Source: Lama glama
Lineage: Eukaryota
NCBI GenBank assembly: GCA_028534125.1
Contig: CM052818.1
Coordinates: forward strand, 30,816,001 to 30,880,000
Length of the DNA: 64,000 nt
Direction: 5' to 3'
The notes under the pieces are model-generated. The model was not told the DNA's origin, did not search any database, and worked only from the letters and a program-made list of their open reading frames with translations. Shown piece after piece: positions 13,801-25,800 of the stretch (the first letter of the stretch is position 1; each line of letters starts with the position of its first letter). The position numbers and the translations under genes are program-made.

Positions 13801-16800
13801 GAGCGCCCCTCCTATCCACCCCGAAGCCTCTTACCCCTTTTTGTGAAAGGTCACCAGACACCTCAGCTGATGCTGCTTCTGACATGAGACCCACCTGTTC
13901 TCTGTCTTGTCCACTTTCCGCCCTTACTATTAACTTCCACCCTGTCCCCATGGCCCCCTCTTCTCCCTGCACCCATCCTTTTCAGACTGCTGCGGCTCTC
14001 TGTCTCTCCTGAAGTGGTCACTGAACTCAAGAGCCCTGCAGGTACTACTATTTCCAGGTTACAGAGAGTAAACCGAGAGTCAGCTGGTTCAGACAGCCTA
14101 TACCTCAGGTCACGTTGTTTGCCAGGAGCTGGTGCAGATTTTTATATGATTGGGAACTGGTTTCTGCAATTCTCATTGAACATTTATAAGTCAGTTGACT
14201 AGTGATGAACGCCTCAATTCCACTTTACCCCCACCATCAGTGAAACAGGATCATTTCCCCCAGGCAGCTGTTGTTGGAGGCTGCCTCTAGCCATGGGATG
14301 GGGTTTCTCGGTAGCATCACCTCCCCGTGATGGGCCCTTACACTGGTCCAGCCAGCCCAATTCTCAGGGGTCCAAAGCCAGCTCAGCTCTGCACAGGGCG
14401 TGGAGGATGGGGCCCTGGTCTGAGAGAGGGCTGGCATGCCCAGTGCTTAGTTGCAGCCTCCCCTTTGGTCCTGATGAGATGTCACCTCCTTCATCTCTGC
14501 ACTGTCCCCTTTCCCTCTGCACAGGATGTCACTGCGGGACTTTAAAGCACACTTCATGCTTCTGGTCATCTGTAAACTGAGCCCAGGCCTACTGAGTCAG
14601 GAGGTGGGCCAGAAGTGGTCGTATACCATGCTGGAGGGGAGATGGGAGAAGGGGACCACGGCTGGTGGCCAGATGAAGTCACCCCAAGGTGAGTGTGTGC
14701 AGAGGGGCCAGGGGTTCTTGGGCCTAACGTGGCAGTTTTCCAGTCAAGGGTGGGGCTGTGGGCAGAGCCACTGCGGGTGGCTGTGCCGCTGGTGCCCTGC
14801 CCAGGGCTCTGCTGGCTAAGCTGTGTCTCTGGCCCTGGGCTGTGTCCCCCTGCAAGATAAGGCACCTTTGTCCTAATTTGCACAAAGGCATAAAACTCCC
14901 TTAGGGATGCATCTTTCCAGAGAATTCCCTTTCCTAATCAGCAGCATGAGGCCACAGGCACACATGCATAGTAGAAGGGTGGGTTCCATCTTTCTGTGGC
15001 TTGGGGACAAGGCCACTGATATGCTGAAGTGACCACCCCATAACAGGCAGGCTTAAAAGGGCATTTGTATCGTATCAGCCCTCCTTACCTAGAGTTTGGT
15101 AGAGAAACAAGATCAAGGAGTCCAAGGTCACCAGGTCACTAGGAGATGACCGTGGACACATTCTCTAGGTGGAGAGTTTCCGGGACCATGTTCCCTTCCC
15201 CACAATGGAGGCAGTGAGCCATCTCTGGGAGGAAGGATTTGATAGGTATGATCTCAGCAGGGCCAGGGCAGCCTTAGTTCTGGCTGCCCTTCCCCCAAGC
15301 ATTGCCCCCTAACGGCTGAAGCTGTCCATAAGCTAAGGCATGGTCCCTGTTAAAGTGCAGCTCCTCTGGGATCCCGGGCATGGTTCCCTTCAGTTAGTCA
15401 ACACAGTCACTGACTCAGGCAGCCAGTGTTATGGGGCGCGAAGTCTATGCCAGGCCATGCGCTGGGCAGAGGGCCACAGTGGTAAGACTAACTCTTGTTC
15501 GTGTGTCCAGAGAAGAACCTGAGGTGGAGGTGGTGGGTGGGAGGGGACAGAGCTGAGGTGGAAGAGACCTTGGCTCTGTCCGGATGGACCTCGGGTGGGA
15601 ATCCTGGGACAGGTGCCCTGTGTCTGGGCTCCTCTCCTGGTGTGGTGAGCGGGATGCTGGGGGAGCCTGTCTCACCTTGCTGTGTTCCATCCCAGACACA
15701 TTTTGGAAGAACCCACAGTTCCTGCTGTCCGTCTGGAGGCCCCAGGAGGGCAGGAAGCTCCAGGGGCCCTGCAGCGTGCTGGTGTCTCTGCTCCAGAAGC
15801 CCAGGCACCGGCACCGCAACCAGCAGCCGCACCTCGCCATTGGCTTCTACCTCTTCAGGGTAGGTGGGCGTCTGGCGCCCGCAGCTTCACGTGGGGTCCC
15901 CAGCCCTTATCCTGCCTTCCTGTTTCTTGTCCACTTCACCATCCATGTCTGCCTACCCACCTCCTTCTCTGTCTACCACGCCTGCAAATCCTAGCTCTGT
16001 CCCTTGGGAATATGTGATCTAGAACAAGTCACCACCTTGTATTTGAGCATCAGTTTCTCCATCCATAAAGCGGGGATAAGCGGTGCTTCTCATTGTGCCC
16101 AGCACACAGTTGGTACAGTCAATTCTGGTTCCCTCTGCCCCTCTCCAGAAGCCAAGCTTACCTTCCCTCACCCTTTCTAGAATTTCTGATGATGGATTAA
16201 AATGTCACCAACCAGAACAGCAAGTTTTGAGGGAGGAGAAGGGGCCTCTGGGTAGAGTCTTCTTAGATATCTGCCTCCATTAGAGTTTGTGCTTGTGAAA
16301 GAGCTGGATTCACTGCCTAATGAGGCCTCTCTGTTTTGTTTTTTAGATGAACAAGGTGAGTTCCACACCTGACCAGCTGGTCCTGGCTGGGAGTGGTGTC
16401 CCATGTGGCAGGTTCAGTTTGACTGCAGCAGCCTTATGCAAGGAGCTACGAGGATGTCTGATGATAATGCCAGCTGCCTGTGTGTGTGGAAGAGCATCCA
16501 CTGGCCTATTTTTATCCAAGGACCCCCCCCACCTTCCGCGAACCCCACCAAAGTCCTTAAGCTTCCCTAGGGAGGTCTGAGCCTGATGCAGAGCCAATAA
16601 ATTTTAGAATGTATTAAATCCCTACATAAATACCTAGGGCTAATATTGAAAACTGTCACAGCATAGGAGGAACTATAAATCACAATCTTGCCTGAGTCAT
16701 GAAGCCTGTAATAAAATAGATCTCTAACATATGGGACATCAGGCGACCATGCAGCCCACCTCCTAGGGAACAAGGGACAAAGGCTTGGGAAATGAAACAG

Positions 16801-19800
16801 AAACATGGGCAGAGGGCAAGAACAGCTCTGTGTTTCAGCTGCTGTGGTGGCCTCGAGGGGTCAGTTAAGAAGACCTGAGATATCCCAGCCTCTGAAGGAT
16901 GGCAGCTACTATTTTGTTGCCCAAAGAAAACAGGAGTGAAAAACAACTGTCTTAGATTGGACTGAATTGAGTAAGAGCATTTTTATAAAGAAACCATTTG
17001 CACTGGGTGTCTTGGGTCGACATTTTTTCCCCTCCTGAGGGAACACTGAGTGCTCCCAAAGTTTATTAATTGCCTATTAATAAATTTTAAAAGAAAAAGT
17101 TATTTATATCACACCTCTCCTAAATAGAATTTGGGTCAACTGACAATAAAAAGTATAAACAGAGCAAAACTATGAACCAGTTACAAAATTCAAAAGGCAG
17201 GAAAAAAAGTTATAAGTTGATGAGGGGTAGGAGAGCCATTAATTCTGCCAGGAACACTAAGTCAAGAACAGCTACTATAGCTGATTATAAAATTAAGTTC
17301 TGAGATTCCTGGCAGCCAGGGCAAAGATGGCAATGAGATGACTCTCTAGTTCTCCTAGTCTGATAAAAGAAAGCGTTTATCATCAGGAGATACATTTTGT
17401 TTCCCCAGCCCTGAGCAGAATCTGCAAAACGTCTTTATGTGGTGGGTAATGTCTTTATCAGCAGCTGTCTGCATCTCCCACATGGAACTCCTCTCCCTCT
17501 TCAGCCCTCATGAGAATAAAGGGGAGAGGAAGCCAGAGAGAAAGGGCAAGAAGGGGAAATACAGGAATGAAGGAGAGAGGAAGAGAGAGAAAGAGAGAGT
17601 AAAAATATGAGAGAAAACAAAATGCACGCATGGGCAGTATCCTAACCAGAGCCCTGATTTGTGTCTTCTGAGCTCTGAGCCAGTCCCCTCTCCCCTTCAC
17701 AAGGCTGTTTTCACTGAGATGAGGTGGAACATCCAGTTGATCTGTATGGAGCTATCGCAAGGTGGGTAGGAGATGGCTAGTGGTCCGTCTGTATCTGTGA
17801 CCATGATCATGTCATAATCAGCCTTGAAATTGTATCGCAGACATGGAGGCAGCATCAGGAAGTGAAAAGGACTTGGCCATGGGAGCTCAGCTGCCCTGAA
17901 TTCCAGTCCTGGCTGATACCCTTACCTGCTGGGTGACTTTGTGCAGATGACCTAACTTTTCTGAGCCTCAGACCCTCAGCTGTAAATTGGAAAGTGCAGA
18001 CACAGTGACATTCCTCACCTCATGTTATATATGATGTTGTTTTTAATGGATGATCAAATCAATTGCTGTCTGTATATTCAGCCCCACGTAGGGTTCCAGC
18101 AAAGGTGCCCACTCCAGACATGTTGTGGTGTTTTCTCTCCACCCCTGACTCCTTTATCACCTCCTCCACTGGGGCTGGTTGGATTTGGCAGATCTGAGGC
18201 TATCTTAGTTCTGGCACCTGGCCAAGGGGCCCAGGCCCGGCCACAAGTCCTGGGTGATCACCTCGACTGCCCCTCTCTCCTCCCCCTGCAGAGTTATGAT
18301 GACCAGAGGAGACTGCCCCCCGAGTTCTTCTGGAAAAATGCTCCCCTGAGCTGGCCTGCGGCATTTCTCAGGGAGAAAGAAGTGAGCCGGGAGCTGTGGC
18401 TGGAGCCGGGGAGGTACCTCATCGTGCCCTGTACGTCTGAGGCCCGCCAGGAGTCTGCCTTCGTCCTCAGAGTCTTCTCCAGGAAGCACGTCTTTTAGTA
18501 AGGGCCTAGGCTGGAGGTTGGGGTCCACTGGCGCTCGGCGAGGTGAAGTGGGGGAGGTGGAAATGGTGGAGGATGGGGGTGTCCGTGGCCAACACAGAAG
18601 AGAGGTAGGGTGAGCCAGAGAGCAGGGCAGCTCTCTACACGGAGAGCATCCTTCACGCCTTCCTCTCCTTTCTCCTTCTAACAAATGAGCATTCTGTAGA
18701 CATAGAGAGAAAAAGCTAGAACAGGCCTGGCCCCTGACCTCCAGGAGCTCAGAATCTGGGCAGGACGTGGATGTATGAACAGCTATTCTGTTACACTGTG
18801 TCCAGGGCCAGCATTAATCTGCACAGGGTGTTAGAGGAACATCGGGGAGGAACAGCTGAGCCAACCTTCTATGGTCCTGGGGGAAGCAGGGGAGGCTTCA
18901 GGGAGGTAGTGACTTCTAAGTGATGCATAGGGGTTGTTCTGATGAGGGAGGCTGTCATCAACCATCAGGCTCATACAAATCAATACACACACATCCCAGC
19001 TGAACTTACTACAGGCCTTTGTCAGAGATATCACAGGTTTAGTTCTAGACACTGCAATAAAGCAAATATTGCAGTAAAGAGACTCACAGGAATTTTTTGG
19101 TTTTCCAGTGCATATAAAAATTATGTTTACACTGTATTGTAGCCTATGAAGTGTGCAGTAGCATGAGGTCTAAAAAAAATGTGCATACCTTAATTTAAGA
19201 AGCCTGATTGCTAAAAAATACCATCATCTGAACCTTTAGCAAGTTAGAATTTTTTTGCAACAGTTAACATCAAAGATCGCAGATCACAAATATAATAATA
19301 AATATAATAATCATGAAAAAGTGTGAAATATTGTGAGAATTACCAAAATGTGACAGAAACATGTGCAGGGAGCAAATGCTGTTGGATAAATGGTGCCAAT
19401 ACATTTGCTAGGTGCAGGGTTGCCCAAACCTTTAATTTGGAAAAAACACAGTCAAATGAGGCAGGCCTATATTTGGCCTGTGATTGTTTTGACGTGCCAG
19501 CTTTTGAACGCCTAGAACCCAGTTCTTCCTACATGTTCTGGGCATAGGTTGTTTGGCTTGATCTCAGGCCTCACCTCTTTGTCAGGCTGCTGAATTTTAA
19601 CATAGTCTAACCGAACTAGGGTCGTTAGGTGAGGGTTGAGGGAGGAAAGGGCACACCGGGCAGAGGGCTTGGCATGAGCAAAGGCCCAGAGGTGAGAAGG
19701 GGCACGGGGTGTGTGGGAGCTACAAGCCGTGAGCTGGACCGGGAGCCAGACTGCACGCTGCATGGGGAAGGGGGCGTGGAGTGAGAGCTGGGCAAGGCCC

Positions 19801-22800
19801 ACGTAGCACATCAGCTAAGGAGCTTGGAAGATGAGTTCCCAGGCGAGGGAGAATGTTGGTCCAAAGCTTCCCAAGATGATCCCCAAGAAGTAATTCTGTC
19901 TTTCTTTTTCTCCAGTGAAATTGGCAGCCGTTCAAATGTCATCTTCTCTAAGGTGAGTTGTAGGTGGAATGCCACATGACGGAGGCTGTTTATAAACCCA
20001 GGGTGGTGGATTTCTCGCTCACATCCAGATCCCACAGACCCTGCTCTGTGGTACCCACATTCTGGTATCTATGGTCCACTAAGGGGGCCCAGGTTCTGCT
20101 GTTTTTGCCCCAGGAGAACTGCCCTTCCATCAGGTCCTTGGCACTGAAGGCCCAGAGCCCCAGGTGCATGGGTCACTCCTCCACGTTCTTCTGTTTCTCT
20201 CCACCTGCTGTTTCTTCTGCCCCTTCCAGTTTGCTCTGTCCCCAAAGTCAGCAAGAACTGGAGAAACAAGGAATGTGTGTGAATGCTATGGTAGGAAATA
20301 TCAGATAGTGCTCAAGGTCAGACCTACAGATTCCAGGGACCCGTGAGCCATTAGTGCGTGCACATGGGTCCATTCATCCAGAGAATGACCAAGTCTTCCT
20401 GTGTGTCTGCTCCTCTAGGAAATTGTGGACCAAAATGAAGGGCAGGATGAGTTCTTCGCCAAACTTTTTGAAAAGGTCAGTTGGGGTGGTAAGCGAGGGG
20501 CAGGGGACACTGTGGAGCCTACAGTTCCCTGGAGGATGGGTTCACATCTGCCAAACCCTGTGTAAAAATTTTGATTTAAGGCTTCCCAGTCCCCAGACTG
20601 CCACTTTCTGTTAAAGCCCTTAAGTTTTTGGACAAATGAGTAAAGCCACTGAGTCCAGAAGGTTCCTGTAACATGCATGACTATCCTTGGAAGCTCCATT
20701 GATTAAATTTTAATCCCTGAGAAAATGGAATATGGCAGAGGTGAGAGTCAGGGTTGGGAGTAGGGGGTGGAGCCTGGCCATGACATGCCCTCGGAGTCCG
20801 GGGGAGGGAAGCCCAGGGAGAAAGACCCATGGGTGGTCACCGGAGGGAGCTGGGGGGGAGGGAGGCTACACACTTGATCCCTTTGAGTTCTTTCCTTGGG
20901 CTGACCCAGATCTGGCCACCAGCAGGAGGCCAGCGATGTGAGTGCAGGGCTTGGGGGCGACCCTGTCCCTAAGCTGCCAGACACTGAATCTGTTTAAGAA
21001 TAGGGCAGGACATCTGGGTGTGACATCTGAGTGATGTCATTAAAACTGGAGGAACATGAGCTCCCAGTGTTGGTAACACTCTTGACTGAATTCACCAGTT
21101 GTCCACCCTTCTATCTTCCCTCATTCTCACCACTGGTGTTTTGCTTAATGTTGTCAGAGAGGATACATCAGAATCTTACATGCGTTGTTTACAGAAGTTT
21201 TCCTCCAGATCAAGGGTTTCCAGATGTTTTCTGCTATAGTCCTTTTATCAAATGCAGTCTCATAGAGTATCTTAATGTATACAAAACAGATAAAAACTGC
21301 ATGTTATGAATATATATCCATTTTCTAAGTCCAAATGTATGGTACTTATGTTTCATTAATATGTGTGAAAGTTAAATGTTTGTGTGAAGAGTTGCTTCCT
21401 ATGGACTCTAAAACTGAAATCTGGACTTTTGGCAGAGGACATTTTATCAAGAATAAAATTAAAACCCAGTTGCTGAACTTCTGAAGCATCTCTGTAGAAC
21501 CCAGTTTGAGAATCACTGCTCTCTGTTAGGCTACCTCTTAAGAGTCCTGCCCTGCTGGGGTGCTCTGGACTTGACACCCAGTTCAAAACTGTTGTGGAAG
21601 TGCTTATGAAATCCCAGATTTAATTATGTGTCTAGTCCCGTGCCATACATGCGAGATCGCCATGTCGCTAATTCTGTCCAGAAATGGCGTATTTGCTGCG
21701 CTGAGGATATGGGCGGGCGAGGCCTTTCCCAGCCCGCTTCAGCTGTGGCCCCTCTGTGTCTAATGACCCTTCAGTAATGACGGTTTTCTCCTGCCACTCT
21801 GCTTTTGCTCTAGCATCCAGAAATAAATGCTGTCCAACTGCAGAAGGTCCTGAACCACATGCCCTGGTCAGGTGAGTATTTCAGAGTCATCCTGTAGGAT
21901 TCAGGGGACACAACTTTTCTGAATCCTGGGTCTGTTTCTCTTTGTTCTGGTGGGCCATGTGAATTACTGCACTCTGGTCCCTGTGGAAGTTGTGTCTGAC
22001 ATCACGGTGGGTCATGTGGTTTGACAAAGGTAGAGGAATTTATGGGAAATAGCCCCCTTTTCTGCTTAGCTAGGCGTGTACAGATATATGGCAGTGAAAA
22101 GGAAGATTTCTGCCAGTTTGCTAGATTGAGAAGAGTAGGTGAGTATTTCTTTATTGGCATATAAATTCCCTGTGGAAGAGCGGCACCCATTTCCTTAACC
22201 TGGCAAATAAATATTAAGTATTGACTAGCTTACCAGGCAGCTCTCTGATGAACTTATATTTAAATTGATCAACTTACAAAAATCTGATTGGAGAGAACAC
22301 ATCTAACTTACGAGGACTACAAATGGGTAATGTGGATGTCTTTGTATGAAGCTTGGGATAAATTATTAGGAAAGCTTGAAGTCCATATAAAAATATTTTA
22401 TATGTATATTTTGAGTGAGAGAATATGATTTCTGCAGGGAAGAGAATGAATTTCAAAGTGAAACAGTAAACCAAACAGTTAAAGGATATTTGCTACCTGA
22501 GATGTGTGATTGCTTCTCCTTTATATGAAGTCAAGACTTCAAACCCAAACAAACTCCAGTCCAGGGTACTGTATCACTCAGAAATTTGTCCACAAATGAT
22601 ATATGCTGGAGAGGGTGTGGAGAAAAGGGAACCCTCCTACACTGCTGGTGGGAATGTAGTTTGGTGTAGTCATTATGGAAAACAGTATGGAGATTCCTTA
22701 AAAAACTAAAAACAGACTTACCATATGATCCAGCAATCCCACTCTTGGACATATATCTGGAGGAAACTCTAATTCAAAAAGATACATGCACCCCAATGTT

Positions 22801-25800
22801 CATAACAGCACAGTACATGGAAACAACCTAAATGTCCATCAATAGATGTGTGGATTAGGAAGTTGTGGTATATTTATACAGTGGAATACTACTCAGCCAG
22901 AAAAAGGAATAAAATAATGCCATTTGCAGCAACATGAATCGACCTGGAGATCTTCATTCTAAGTGAAGTAAGCCAAAAAGAGAAAGAAAAATACCATATG
23001 GTATAACTTATATATGGAATCTAAAAAATAAAAGATAAAAAAAGACACAAATGAGCTTATTTACAAAATAGAAACAGACTCACACATAGAAAACAAATTT
23101 ATGGTTATCAGTGGGGAGGAGGTCAGGAAGGAATAAATTGGGAGTTTGAGGTTTACAGATACTAACTACTAAATATGAAATAGATAAACAACTAGTTTAT
23201 ACTGTATAGCACAGGGAACTACATTCAATATTTTGTAGTAATCTATAATGAAGAATATGCAAAGGAATATATGTATATATATGGATGACTGAAGCATTAT
23301 GCTGTATACCAGAAATTGACACAACATGATAAACCGACTAGACTTCAATAAAGGAATAAAGAAAGAGACTGTATAATTTCCAGATGGTTTCTTAAAGCCA
23401 AACTCAGATATCATAAAAGAGCCAGAAGAGAAGGCTCTAGAAGCTATAGAATATGAGATGTAACCCCTCCCCACCCCTCCTCAAAAGAAAATTCTTGGGA
23501 AATTATCTAGAAGGGGTGGCTTCTGCACATTTAAATTTTAAGTCCTTAACCACAAGTATGCAAAATAATTTTTTGAAAGAATGTATGGACAAATTGCTTT
23601 GATTTATTCCTCTGAGAGCGTTTCTGATAGATAGATCAGGGAGCTACTGTAGATTTTGGCAAACTGATAAAGTCTCCCATAACAAATGATGAAATGTGGG
23701 TTGTAAAGTAGCATTCTGATTCACAAGTTTTACCATCAGTCCCAAGAGTTATATAAATCTAAAACTAGAGGGATAATTCTGTGTTATAGGTTAGAGTCTG
23801 TACATTTAGACATTTAGAGGAGAGCCTTTGTATTCTGCCCTTGGCCCACATTTACTTCCTCAGCTTTTATCAGCGGTTTGGAAGAAGACATCGAATCTGC
23901 AGGCTTTATCAAATCTGCAGACGGCATTGAGCTGGGAGGAATCGTTAATTTAATAGATAGCAGAATTGAAAGTCAGAAATGTTCACCACAAGCTGTGCCC
24001 ACGCCAAAAAGATGAAATGGAGTCAGGATGATAATTAAAAATTGCCATTTATTATGTTTAAAAAATTGATTGCACAATTTCCTAACAGAAGAGCCTTCAC
24101 CTTTGTGGCAGCTTATTTGAAAGATACCTGGTTAATTTAGTTGACCTCAAGCTTAACATGCACTAAAAGTTTCAAGTCGCTGCTAAATAAACTAATTCAC
24201 ATTCAGACAGTATTTAATGTGTGTCTTTGAAATTGTGTTCCAAGAAGTATTAGAACCCTAGAGGTTTTAGTAAGTGTTCCATGAAATGAAAGGAATTAAG
24301 TTCTGTGGTCATTCACGCTCAGGAAATTCCATGTTACAGAAAATTTCAGTGTGGGCTCCTCAGCACCTGTCAGATGCTAAGGTACCTGGTGAATGCAAAA
24401 AAGGGTCTGTAGAGACAAAGTATTTCAGATTTATTGGAACTCAAAACCCTTTCTTTGCGAAATATCTCCCTTGGAACCTAATTTGGGAAATGCAGACTGA
24501 AAATTTTGGAAGTGATAGACCCACTGTACTTTGTTTGATCAAATTGCATCTGAAGATGTGCATTCTAGTCTTGGTACCACGTTTTGGAGAGATGCTGGCA
24601 ATGCATAGGGCGCAGAAGAGGCAGGTAAGGGTTTAGAAACCATTTCATCTAGGGAACCGGTGGAGACACGTTCAGATGTTTAGAATAGAGGGGAGAAGTC
24701 CAAGAGGGTCCAGTACCTGTTTATATGCTTCTGGAAGCAGAAATAGGATTTAGTGAGTGAATCTTCCAGGAGCTTCTGTTGGAATGAACACGTGAAATTT
24801 CTCCTAACTTGGAGCTATCCATCCATGTGAAAAATTGAGCTCCCGCAACTGACAACTGTCAAGACATTTGAGGAAAGAACCCCCCAATTTGGGTGGGAGC
24901 TTGGACAAGTTGCCATTTCAGGCTGGGGAGTCCAGGACTCTCTGGTCCTGGCCCCACCAGGTAACGTCAGGCCATGTTCCTCTGACCCACTGTGTAAGCA
25001 AAACCAGGGTGTTCTCTGCAGGGTTTTACTGTGTTCCATGGGTGTAGGACTCCTCACCAAGCATTCTCTCTGTCTCCACTGCTCTCAGTCTCCCTGCCTG
25101 TCCCCACCCCCAAGAGAGATGGTGGTTATTTGAACCCATGGCCAGTCTAGACAGCATTTCCTCTCCCTGTTCAGAAAAGAGCCACACAGTCCTGGGCCAG
25201 CCCCATGCAGACTCTTTCTGTTCCTTCACAGGTCTATGGAGCACACAGCCTCACTTCAGCCTCGAGGCCTGCCAGGGGATCCTGGCGCTACTGGATGTAT
25301 CCTTTCAGGTTTGGAGGTGGATGCCTGCTGCTGTTTGAGAGCTCTGCCCTGGAGCCAGGCTGCCTGGACTGGAATCCTAACCCTGACACTTGCTAGTTCT
25401 GTGATCTTGAACAAGTCACTTGGCTTCATCATGCCCCCAGGTCCTCACCTGCAGCACCAAGATGGTAGTAAAACCTATTCCAGAGAATCGGTATGAGAAT
25501 GCATAGGAGATGACCCATGTCAGGTGCTCAGGACAGAACTGTCATCGAATAATGGATCCATATGGTTATTAATAATAGTAATATGCTTATTTCCTAATAG
25601 GAGGAGGCAGCTGCGGGTGGGGGCTAGTAACAATTCTCCAGGTTACAAGAAGCTTTCACAAGAGCCTAGGGGGCCTGAGTTTTCCATTTGGTGACAAGTC
25701 AATGGCGGTCCTCATTCCCAGATCAGGAAACCAGAGCTTGGGAATTTCAGTGATGTGCCACAAACTCAGCTTTTCTTGTTCTCAAATCTGATTTTTCAAG

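Noticed and set aside
18496..18498. Apparent TAG stop ending ORF 18022-18498, suggesting a truncated CAPN14
   Set aside because: The codon is split by the intron (TA/gt...ag/T = Tyr); the spliced frame is open
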